A stretch of 34,016 nucleotides of DNA, taken from the IMG/VR virus record IMGVR_UViG_3300037483_000360, positions 1 through 34,016 of that record; one strand, 5' to 3'. How positions within the stretch are numbered: position 1 is the first letter of the stretch; each line of letters starts with the position of its first letter. Position numbers and translations under genes: made by a program. Below, piece by piece: positions 19,224-27,171 of this stretch. Under the pieces are notes generated by a model. It was not told where the DNA came from, made no database searches, and worked only from the letters and a program-made list of their open reading frames with translations. The DNA is from a virus (lineage: Duplodnaviria > Caudoviricetes).

Positions 19224-19327
19224 AGTACCTAGCTGATAAATCTCTTTTTATATTTGTGGCAAGTTTTGCTGTTTTTTGGATAGTAGTTTGGCTGTTGCTA
19301 GCTTTCTTAATGTGGGTGGCGCAATGA
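19220..19327 (+). CDS. 35-aa single-TM peptide (absent from the ORF track)
   Basis: GGAGG RBS; TTGA and ATGA overlaps at the two ends; MKYLADKSLFIFVASFAVFWIVVWLLLAFLMWVAQ. Confidence 0.6.
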   Translation: MKYLADKSLFIFVASFAVFWIVVWLLLAFLMWVAQ

Positions 19328-19704
19328 AATTAGCAAAAATCATTCCTATTTTTATATTATTTGTTATTGGTCTATCTTGCTTGGCTTCTTATCACGACGA
19401 TCCAGTAACCAAGATAGACGAACCGTCTATGGATATGCCAGAGCATCCTAGATTTCTAGATGTTTTTAATTTTGTATTTCTACCAAAATGTCTAGGGTGC
19501 CATCATTCTAATAATCTCAGCGGGGGGCTTGATCTTTCACTATATAACTCAGTAATGCTTAGAGTAGTGCCAGGTCAGCCGATGGCATCAAAACTTTTTA
19601 TAAGCACTGAATTTGATTTAATGCCGCCTGCGGGTGAACCAAAGGCTACTAAAGAAGAAAAAGCTTATTTGAAATTGTGGATTGAAGAAGGGGCGATAGA
19701 GTGA
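19324..19704 (+). CDS. Exported mono-heme c-type cytochrome-like protein (Planctomycete cytochrome C-type domain)
   Basis: Signal peptide MKLAKIIPIFILFVIGLSC; CLGCH heme motif at 19489-19503; 'GGLDLS.Y', 'VVPG.P..S.L', 'MPP' and 'E...L..WI.EGA' all match the domain pattern. Confidence 0.85.
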   Translation: MKLAKIIPIFILFVIGLSCLASYHDDPVTKIDEPSMDMPEHPRFLDVFNFVFLPKCLGCHHSNNLSGGLDLSLYNSVMLRVVPGQPMASKLFISTEFDLMPPAGEPKATKEEKAYLKLWIEEGAIE

Positions 19705-20114
19705 CTAACAATCCTAAATGCGTAATTCTCCACTGTACGGATACTATCGACACAATAGAATCTAAAATAAATGTGGGCCATATCAGACAATGGCATTTAA
19801 ACAGAGGTTTTAATGATATCGGCTATCATAAATATGTAGACAGGTCAGGTTATGCCCATAATGGTAGGGATCTTAATGTCATTGGCGCACACACGCAAGG
19901 TCACAATCAAGATTCGATAGGTATAGCTTACGAGGGCCGATGGTTTCCTTCGGTAGCTCAGATAGACTATTTTCTTAATGCCTACCGAACATATAGAGAT
20001 ATTTATCAAATTAATTTTAAAAGTTGGTATGGGCACTATGAGTTTAATAGTGGAAAAACTTGCCCAGGCTTTGACATGGATGATTTTAGAAAAATACTTA
20101 TGAAAATTGCCTAG
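19701..20114 (+). CDS. Endolysin, N-acetylmuramoyl-L-alanine amidase (Amidase_2, T7 lysozyme-like)
   Basis: 'ILHCT', 'WH..RGF.DIGYH', 'GAHT.GHN.DSIGI.YEG' and 'GH......KTCPGFD'. Confidence 0.95.
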   Translation: MTNNPKCVILHCTDTIDTIESKINVGHIRQWHLNRGFNDIGYHKYVDRSGYAHNGRDLNVIGAHTQGHNQDSIGIAYEGRWFPSVAQIDYFLNAYRTYRDIYQINFKSWYGHYEFNSGKTCPGFDMDDFRKILMKIA

Positions 20115-20234
20115 ATATCCGTTTTAAATGTACTAAAGTCTGGGCTGAAATACTTGGCTTACTAAAAATAATATGAAATAATTAATTCAGATTTCCTTAG
20201 TAGGAGATCTCCACCGAAAACGGTTTTGTCGTAT

Positions 20235-20272
20235 CCCCGGACGACTTAGTAAATAATCCGGGGTTATTTTTT
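20235..20272. terminator. Hairpin terminator between the convergent amidase and HNH genes
   Basis: CCCCGGA...TCCGGGG stem with a long loop, followed by TTATTTTTTT. Confidence 0.5.
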
Positions 20273-20638
20273 TCTACTCCACTTAGATTTGGCCGAATTA
20301 TAGAGAGAAGTTTTCTTCATGTGACAAGTAATACAAAGGCATTGAAGTTTCTCCTGTGGCGGGAAATGTCTTAGAAGATAATCATTCCAGTCTCCCTTAA
20401 ACGGGCCTATCTCTTCTATATGATCCACTTCCATACTATTCACATTCTTATCCCATCTTTTACAAATAGCGCACTGCCAATGATACTTATAAATTCTTTG
20501 TCCCCTATTTCCAATTCTTGCGAAAACTCTTTTTCGGGCCAGTTTTAAACATTCGGATCTTCCTTTCCACCGAGTTGATCCCTTTCTCAGAATATTTTGA
20601 ATGAATTTAATGTCGTCAAGCGGCAATTTATTTTTCAT
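20264..20638 (-). CDS. HNH endonuclease
   Basis: 'CAIC', 'EVDHI' and 'LQCLCITCHMKKT'. Confidence 0.85.
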   Translation of the reverse strand: MKNKLPLDDIKFIQNILRKGSTRWKGRSECLKLARKRVFARIGNRGQRIYKYHWQCAICKRWDKNVNSMEVDHIEEIGPFKGDWNDYLLRHFPPQEKLQCLCITCHMKKTSLYNSAKSKWSRKK

Positions 20639-20693
20639 ATTGACTGACCCATTGCAGGCGTTTCATAACTAGACCACATAACGAGGGAAAAGC

Positions 20694-22715
20694 TTGTCCA
20701 AAATAATCTATATAGATTTTGAATTTAATAGAGTCGTAGAGCCGAATGTTAATTTGGTTTGTTGCTGCACCCTTGAACAAAAAACAAATATAAGAAAGAA
20801 ATTCTGGCTTCATAGATCCCCCAATGCAAAGAGTAAACTCATAAAGTATCTATCGCAATTTGAAATAATTATTGGTTACGCCTGTGTCGCGGAGGCCCGA
20901 TCATTTCTTGCTTTAAATTTAGATCCCTTAAAGTTTAAATGGATAGACCTATTTTTAGAATATCGAATGCTCACTAACCACAATGACGAACTGCAATGGG
21001 GAAAGCAATTAGTAGATGGAAAAGTAAAGTTCTTTAAAAAGCCTAAACCAAAGTGGGAAAGAAGTGAGGAAGACAGTCAGACTGGATTTAAGGCCACTCA
21101 TTCTTTAGCCGAGGCCACGTATAAATTAACAGGGGAAATTAGAGATACCGAAGAAAAAACAGTAATGAGGAATCTCATTATATCTAATCCCAAAGTATTT
21201 TCCGAAGACGAACGCAAACAAATAATGAATTACTGTTTAGAAGATGTTGTTTTTCTGCCCAAAATTTGGGAGAAGGTGAAATATAATTTCTTTAAATTAG
21301 ATCCTTCTACGCGTAAAAATGAGTTCTTTGAAGAGGCTATGCTTAGGGGCAGATACTCCGCACACACCGCTATAATGGAGTCCACTGGATACCCAATAGA
21401 TGTTAAGTCCACTAGGAATTTTTCTAGTCAAATACCGAATATCTTAATGTCTTGCCAAAGAGATATAAATAGACAGTTTCCAGAGATACTTCCTTTTAGA
21501 TGGAACAAAAGAGAAACTAAATTTCAGTGGAATCAAATAGCTACCAGAGAGTGGATTAAAGAAAACCACAATACCGATAGGTGGATGAAGACTGACGGGG
21601 GCAACACATCTTTGTCCTTAGAGGCGTTTGAGAAGTTCTATCAATTCAGACACACATACCCGGAAGGAAATTTCGGGGCACAAATGGTTAGATTCTTAAA
21701 ACTAAAACAGTCCCTATACGGTTTTAGTGATTCCGGGGGGAAAAGAAAAAACTTCTGGGATTCCGTTGGCAGTGACGGGAGAGTAAGGCCCTATATGAAT
21801 ATTTACGGGGCACAATCTTCTAGATCTCAGCCAGCGGCTAGTGGCTTCATGTTCTTGAAACCCGCATGGATGCGGGCACTAGTTATGCCAGAGCCGGGGA
21901 AATTTATAGCCAGTATTGATTACGGACAACAAGAGTTCTTTGTATCCGCACTGGAGTCTGAAGATGAAAATATGATAGAGGCTTATTTATCTGGAGATCC
22001 CTACCTACACACTGCAAAATTATCTGGCGCAGTACCTATGAACGGCAAGCGGGAAGACTATAAAGAAATTAGAGATCTATTTAAAAGCACGACTTTAGGT
22101 ATTAGCTACCTCATGACCAAATACGGACTATCCGCGAAACTAACTAGCGATACGGGAAGATATTGGAGCGAGGACGAGGCGCAAGAGCAAATTGACGACT
22201 TCTATGATGCCTATGCAGACTTTAAAGAGTGGCAAGAAGAATTAACGGAAGAGTATGAGTTAGGCGGAGGTATACGGCTTCCTTGCGGATGGAGAATGTT
22301 TGGCGACAATGAGAATCTGCGCTCAGTGTGTAATGTCCCTATTCAAGGATGCGGGGCGTCAATTATGAGAAAGGCAGTCGATCTCGTAGTCGAGCGCGGG
22401 GCCTCGGTAATATTCACTCTACACGATGCGATCTATATAGAAGGTAATGTCGGGGACGAATCAAAGATTGCCGATTTAAGGGACTCCATGAGGGAAGGAT
22501 TTCAGTATTACTACAAAGGAACTAAATTTTATACAGTATCGGGCAACATAAAATTAGATCCGTATGCCTGGAGTCCTGATTACGGGCCAGATTCCGAACT
22601 CGACATAGGTGGATGGAAAGTACCTTGCTCTAACAGATATATAGATGAAAGAGCAATAGAGGAATACGAACGATTTTCAAAATATTTTGACGGCAATGAT
22701 GCCGACTTACTTTAA
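20694..22715 (+). CDS. polA: Family A DNA polymerase (3'-5' exonuclease plus polymerase; no 5'-3' exonuclease)
   Basis: ExoI 'IDFEF', ExoIII 'YCLEDV', motif A 'DYGQQE', motif B 'RDLFKSTTLGISY', 'N.PIQG.GA' and motif C 'LHDAI'. Confidence 0.95.
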   Translation: MSKIIYIDFEFNRVVEPNVNLVCCCTLEQKTNIRKKFWLHRSPNAKSKLIKYLSQFEIIIGYACVAEARSFLALNLDPLKFKWIDLFLEYRMLTNHNDELQWGKQLVDGKVKFFKKPKPKWERSEEDSQTGFKATHSLAEATYKLTGEIRDTEEKTVMRNLIISNPKVFSEDERKQIMNYCLEDVVFLPKIWEKVKYNFFKLDPSTRKNEFFEEAMLRGRYSAHTAIMESTGYPIDVKSTRNFSSQIPNILMSCQRDINRQFPEILPFRWNKRETKFQWNQIATREWIKENHNTDRWMKTDGGNTSLSLEAFEKFYQFRHTYPEGNFGAQMVRFLKLKQSLYGFSDSGGKRKNFWDSVGSDGRVRPYMNIYGAQSSRSQPAASGFMFLKPAWMRALVMPEPGKFIASIDYGQQEFFVSALESEDENMIEAYLSGDPYLHTAKLSGAVPMNGKREDYKEIRDLFKSTTLGISYLMTKYGLSAKLTSDTGRYWSEDEAQEQIDDFYDAYADFKEWQEELTEEYELGGGIRLPCGWRMFGDNENLRSVCNVPIQGCGASIMRKAVDLVVERGASVIFTLHDAIYIEGNVGDESKIADLRDSMREGFQYYYKGTKFYTVSGNIKLDPYAWSPDYGPDSELDIGGWKVPCSNRYIDERAIEEYERFSKYFDGNDADLL

Positions 22716-22732
22716 CACCTACGGGGGAAATA

Positions 22733-23140
22733 ATGTCAAAAAGAGTTTTTAAATCAAAGAAGAAATTATCCGGGGGACCTAGTGTCTATAGGCCATGGAA
22801 AGATTGGGAATTTGGGGACTTAATTATAGGCACATACAAAGGCAGTAGGACCGATAAGTATGGAAATCCAAGCTGGCTTATAGATGTGGTGGATGCCCAA
22901 TTTATTAGCGGCAAAGATGCTAAAAAAGTAATAGGAAAAACTATTGGTCTAAACTCCGCCGGACAATTAAATAAAGCAATGGCTAAAGTGGAGGAAGGAG
23001 AGATGGTGCAAATAATGTATAACGGATCAGCCCAAATAGAGGGGGGTAAATACAAAGGAAAGGATGCCCATCTAATAGAAGTAGATTTAGTAGTGGAAGA
23101 GGGGGATGACGAGGAAGACAACGAGGATGAAGACCTATAG
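22733..23140 (+). CDS. Single-stranded DNA-binding protein (putative)
   Basis: OB-fold-like beta pattern ('V.I.Y.G.....G.YKG...H') with a highly acidic C-terminal tail; sits between the polymerase and exonuclease genes. Confidence 0.65.
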   Translation: MSKRVFKSKKKLSGGPSVYRPWKDWEFGDLIIGTYKGSRTDKYGNPSWLIDVVDAQFISGKDAKKVIGKTIGLNSAGQLNKAMAKVEEGEMVQIMYNGSAQIEGGKYKGKDAHLIEVDLVVEEGDDEEDNEDEDL

Positions 23141-23155
23141 GTCTTAGGGGTATAG

Positions 23156-24079
23156 ATGAAATGTACGGCAAAACTTCATAAATTTATAAAAGATATGCCA
23201 ATTAATGAGTACCATTCTACTCCGGGGTCTTTTTCTAGTTCCCAGTTTAAGGACTTACTAGATGATGAGAGTATATTCATTGATAAACATATTCTAAAAA
23301 ATGTAGAGAGGGAAGAAAATGCGGCCTTTGATGTGGGCACGTATTTTCATACCTCTGTGCTAGAGCCTCACCTACTTAGAGAAGAATGTGTCGTGTTCCC
23401 CGGAAAAGTTAGACGGGGTAAAGAGTGGGATAAGTTTAAAGAAAAAAATAAGGATAAAACCATAGTCTCTCAAGCACAAAAAGAAGTGGCCGAGGGACTA
23501 GTTAATGCGGTTTTAAACTCCCCTATAGCACAGGGGTATTTAGAAGGAGACCCAGAGATATCTTTATTTACTGAAATAGATATTCATCGGGGTAGTATAT
23601 ATGCCCCCTACTACGGTAAAGTGCTAACCCTAGACGGATGGATCGACGGACCCAAGAAGAGATTTAAAGATGCATACAAAATAATAGTCAAGGTCCGGGC
23701 AGATATGCTCGGCAGCTATTATATCTCGGATTTAAAATCTACTACGGGCAACGCCAGATCTAATAGCTCCATGAGGAGTAAGATAAGTTATTACCAATAT
23801 GATCTATCAGCTTCTTTATATTTAGATATGTTCGGGCTTCAGAATCCGGATCTAAGAGAATTCATATGGATTTTTGCGTCCAAGGATGTAAAAAATTGCA
23901 AATCCTATAGAGCTAGCGAGGAAAATAAACGCGTAGGCCGGGCCAAATATATGAGAGCCATGATAAAGCTTTGTGACTGCGCAAAAAATAAGTGGGAAGT
24001 AGCTGATTATCTGGACACTCTAGAGCCGCTACCCCACGAACTTGAATATTTAAAAGAAAAAGACTCAGACTTACTTTGA
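23156..24079 (+). CDS. RecE/ExoVIII-like PD-(D/E)XK exonuclease (DUF3799)
   Basis: 'EYH....SSS..K', 'GT.FH..VLEP', 'E.S', 'KVRAD', 'DLKST' and 'Y.Y..SA..Y'. Confidence 0.9.
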   Translation: MKCTAKLHKFIKDMPINEYHSTPGSFSSSQFKDLLDDESIFIDKHILKNVEREENAAFDVGTYFHTSVLEPHLLREECVVFPGKVRRGKEWDKFKEKNKDKTIVSQAQKEVAEGLVNAVLNSPIAQGYLEGDPEISLFTEIDIHRGSIYAPYYGKVLTLDGWIDGPKKRFKDAYKIIVKVRADMLGSYYISDLKSTTGNARSNSSMRSKISYYQYDLSASLYLDMFGLQNPDLREFIWIFASKDVKNCKSYRASEENKRVGRAKYMRAMIKLCDCAKNKWEVADYLDTLEPLPHELEYLKEKDSDLL

Positions 24080-24101
24080 GACTAAACAATAGGAGAGATA
24101 A

Positions 24102-24686
24102 ATGAAATTAAAAGAAATAACGTACACCAGAAAGTATAATCTCGGTAATTACGAATCTGAGGACTACACAATTACGGCGGTTATAGAAAAGGGAGATGAT
24201 GAGCTCTCCGTATTCGAGGATCTTAAGGCCTTGATAAAAGCCGCTAGTGCTGGCGGAGGGGGCACCCCAGAAGAAGCAGAAGAAGAAGTAGAAGAGGAAG
24301 TAGAAGAAGAGGAAATAGTAGAAGAAGATGAAGAAGATGAAGAAGAGGAAATAGTAGAAGAAGATGAAGAGGATGAAGTCGAAGAAGACGAAGAGGAAGT
24401 AGAGGAAGAAAAGCCAAAAAGAGCCACTAAAAAGGCCCCCACTAGTAAAAAGTCTTTTAAGAAAAAGCCTGAAGTATATCAAAGGACTAACTCAACCCAT
24501 AAAGATATATTTGCAGAGACTTTAAAGACCGTAGCCCCCGACTGGAAAAAAACAACGGCGTCAAAAGCAAAGGCTAAAGAAGCGTCATTAGAGATGGAAG
24601 GTAAAGACTTCTTAGATGATAAAGGTAATGTGCTTGCGGCATTTAAAACCGCCGTTAAAAAATTAATGTCTGGTAAGAAGAAATAA
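24102..24686 (+). CDS. Hypothetical protein with Glu/Asp-rich linker and Lys-rich C-terminus
   Basis: GGAGAG RBS; 'NLGNYES' N-terminal domain; about 47-residue acidic tract. Confidence 0.8.
   Translation: MKLKEITYTRKYNLGNYESEDYTITAVIEKGDDELSVFEDLKALIKAASAGGGGTPEEAEEEVEEEVEEEEIVEEDEEDEEEEIVEEDEEDEVEEDEEEVEEEKPKRATKKAPTSKKSFKKKPEVYQRTNSTHKDIFAETLKTVAPDWKKTTASKAKAKEASLEMEGKDFLDDKGNVLAAFKTAVKKLMSGKKK
24270..24410 (+). repeat. GAA-rich low-complexity coding repeat with internal duplication
   Basis: GAAGAAGAGGAAATAGTAGAAGAAGATGAAGA occurs twice. Confidence 0.8.
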
Positions 24687-25957
24687 TGAAACTACCCGCA
24701 CTGAAAGATTATCAGTCGCGGGTAATTTCCTACGGCCTAAAGAATAAATACAGCATACTAGCCGCAGACCCAGGATTAGGGAAATCTAGATGCGCTATAG
24801 AGATCCGAGAAAAACTTAAATTAAATTGTCTAATAATATGCCCTAGCTACTTAATCCTAAATTGGGTGAAAGAAATAAACACCTGGGCTATAGGATCGGA
24901 CGTTACCATATTTACATCGGGTAAAAGCCTACGAGAAATATGTGATACAGATTACGCTATTACTAGCTATGACTTAATACAAAAAGCCCCGCATTTATTT
25001 GAGTGGGCCGATATGGTAGTTCTAGATGAAGGACATGCAATAAAATCAATGGAAGCCAAAAGAACTACTTTCATTCATAAACACATATACGAAAATTCAT
25101 TAAGTAGAGTGTATATCCTCACAGGGACTCCAATAAAGAACAGAGTACAAGAATTCTACAGTCTTTTAGCCCTTTGTTACTACAACCCGTCCGTAGCGGA
25201 AACTAAATTTTTAGATCTCTATCCCTCTGAGATAGACTTCGCAGACAAATTCTCATACCGGGAAGAATACACAATGGAGATAAGAAATAGATATATTACA
25301 GTAGTTAAATGGAACGGTATTAGAAATATAGACGAACTAAAAAAATGGCTAAAAGAAAAATACATAAGAATAAAATCTTCAGAAGTTTTAGACTTAGCCC
25401 CCGTTACCTATAAGTCGGTTTTAATATCCAAGACCCCCGATAAATCTCTTCTAGATTCCTTTAACTCTTTCTTTAAATCAGAAGATAATAACTCAGTAAA
25501 CCCAACGGCTAAGGCAGAGGCAGCTATAAGAAAAGTGCCCTTTACGATTAAGTACGCCAAGAATTTATTAGAAGAAGTAGAATGTCTTCTAATATATACC
25601 GATCATGTTACCCCGGCTGAGGTAATAGCTAAAGAATTCGGGGTAACGGCCATTACTGGTAAATTAAACTCAAAAATTAGATCCGACCTAGCCGACAAGT
25701 TCCAGTCAGGAGAAGGGAAAGTATTAGTAGCTACAATAGGATCTATGAAAGAAGGAAAAGATCTTTTTAGATCAAATCATATGGTATTTAACGATTTGCC
25801 TTGGGTTCCTGGAGATATGAAACAAGTCGTATACCGAATTCAGCGTATAGGGCAAAATAAACCTTGTACTGTCCACACGATATTGGGCAGTCCTCAAGAT
25901 GAATATATTGGAGAAGTAATAAGAGAAAAGATAAAAACTATTGAAAAAGCTACTTAG
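24686..25957 (+). CDS. SNF2-family (SF2) helicase
   Basis: 'YQ', 'DPGLGKS', 'DEGH', 'LTGTP..N', 'EG.DL', 'PW.PG...Q...RIQRIGQ'. Confidence 0.92.
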   Translation: MKLPALKDYQSRVISYGLKNKYSILAADPGLGKSRCAIEIREKLKLNCLIICPSYLILNWVKEINTWAIGSDVTIFTSGKSLREICDTDYAITSYDLIQKAPHLFEWADMVVLDEGHAIKSMEAKRTTFIHKHIYENSLSRVYILTGTPIKNRVQEFYSLLALCYYNPSVAETKFLDLYPSEIDFADKFSYREEYTMEIRNRYITVVKWNGIRNIDELKKWLKEKYIRIKSSEVLDLAPVTYKSVLISKTPDKSLLDSFNSFFKSEDNNSVNPTAKAEAAIRKVPFTIKYAKNLLEEVECLLIYTDHVTPAEVIAKEFGVTAITGKLNSKIRSDLADKFQSGEGKVLVATIGSMKEGKDLFRSNHMVFNDLPWVPGDMKQVVYRIQRIGQNKPCTVHTILGSPQDEYIGEVIREKIKTIEKAT

Positions 25958-25993
25958 CGGTAGTAATTTTTTAAAACAAACAACGGAGGAAAT

Positions 25994-26209
25994 ATGTTAC
26001 GAGTACAAAAACTAGAAAGACCGAATAAGAAATCTGGACTTCTACTTGGCCCAGGTCAAAGAACCACAATAAACGGACTTGTGGTTACTAATAAAAATAA
26101 GTACGGAGTTTATGTAGAGAAATTCTCTAAAAAGAAGAAAATGACTAGTCCTGCGCCCAAGAAAGCAAGGGCTAAAAAAGACAAAGTATTTTCAACTAAA
26201 GCAAACTAG
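25994..26209 (+). CDS. Small basic protein
   Basis: GGAGG RBS; Lys/Arg-rich. Confidence 0.7.
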   Translation: MLRVQKLERPNKKSGLLLGPGQRTTINGLVVTNKNKYGVYVEKFSKKKKMTSPAPKKARAKKDKVFSTKAN

Positions 26210-26220
26210 AATTATACTAT

Positions 26221-26241
26221 TACGGGGCCACTCGCCCCGTA
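26221..26241. terminator. GC-rich hairpin at the end of the replication module
   Basis: TACGGGGC-cactc-GCCCCGTA 8-bp stem; no strong U-tract. Confidence 0.45.
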
Positions 26242-26324
26242 TAAGGGGAACGGGGCTATGGGGCTTTGTATATTATGGATTTTATTTTCCTGTGTTGTCG
26301 CTATTTTATTTTGCCGGGGATTGA

Positions 26325-26564
26325 ATGCAAACGACTAGACGATGCCCCGCCGATACGGGCTTTAAAAGTACCATACGCGGTAAAAAACTAACAGCAAAAG
26401 AATTAGAGATAGGTTATTTCCTATGTTTGGGACTAACTAATAGGCAGATAGCAGAAAAAATGTCCGTGAGAGAGGCCACTATAAAATACCATCTAACGCA
26501 CATATATAAAAAGTTAGACGTTTTAAATAGAACCCAGGCCGTAGTGTCCCTGATTGAATTTTAG
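26325..26564 (+). CDS. LuxR/GerE-type HTH transcriptional regulator (DNA-binding domain only)
   Basis: 'LTAKELEI......GLTNRQIAEKM.V.EATIKYHLTHIYKKL.V.NRTQAV'. Confidence 0.92.
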   Translation: MQTTRRCPADTGFKSTIRGKKLTAKELEIGYFLCLGLTNRQIAEKMSVREATIKYHLTHIYKKLDVLNRTQAVVSLIEF

Positions 26565-26575
26565 AGGGTGAGACC

Positions 26576-26731
26576 GTGAAAATAGAAATAACAGAGCAGG
26601 AAATAAAATGGGTGTCAGTATGTCTGGCCCTAAGTGTGCTAGTATTCTGCCTTATGCTATCTTACAAAAACTATATTAATGTAGAAGCATATAAATCCAC
26701 TATGCCCATGGGCAATGGTATTAAAAAATGA
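26576..26731 (+). CDS. 51-aa single-TM protein (absent from the ORF track)
   Basis: GAGGG RBS, GTG start; MKIEITEQEIKWVSVCLALSVLVFCLMLSYKNY...; ATGA overlap with the next gene. Confidence 0.55.
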   Translation: MKIEITEQEIKWVSVCLALSVLVFCLMLSYKNYINVEAYKSTMPMGNGIKK

Positions 26732-27171
26732 TTAAAAAAGAAACTCCCTGGATGAATTGGTTATGGGATAATATTGGCCAGGCAGAAATTAGCGGTGGAG
26801 TGGCCAATTCATTCATAACGGATACTTTTAATTACACGACACTAAAAAATCACCCCCTATCTCTATCCGACGAAACTGCTTGGTGCGCAGCGTTAACCTG
26901 TGCGGCTCTAGAAAAGAACGGTTACTTAAGCACACATTCGGCCTCTGCCGCGTCATACGATACTTACGGCGAGACGTCTGAGCTAGTATACGGGGCTATA
27001 ATAACTCTTAAGAGGGACGGAGGATCCGGGCGTCATGTGACTTTTTACGTGGACACAGCATCTACTGGCCATTTGTACTGTATTGGCGGTAATCAGCGAA
27101 ATGCCCTTAGAATGTCTACCTATAATATGTCAGACTTAAGGGCAATAAGATGGCCCATGAAAAAGACTTAA
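26728..27171 (+). CDS. TIGR02594-like cysteine peptidase (CHAP/NlpC-P60 clan peptidoglycan hydrolase)
   Basis: 'PW', 'G..EI.G...N..I', 'DETAWCAA', 'HV.F', 'GGNQ.N' and 'IRWP'. Confidence 0.85.
   Translation: MIKKETPWMNWLWDNIGQAEISGGVANSFITDTFNYTTLKNHPLSLSDETAWCAALTCAALEKNGYLSTHSASAASYDTYGETSELVYGAIITLKRDGGSGRHVTFYVDTASTGHLYCIGGNQRNALRMSTYNMSDLRAIRWPMKKT

Noticed and set aside
24108-24482. Antisense Phe-rich and Ser-rich ORFs
   Set aside because: These are shadows of the GAA-rich tract in the + strand gene.
20694-25957. Intein or intron in the polymerase or helicase
   Set aside because: Both have normal compact lengths and contiguous motifs, with no splice-junction signatures.
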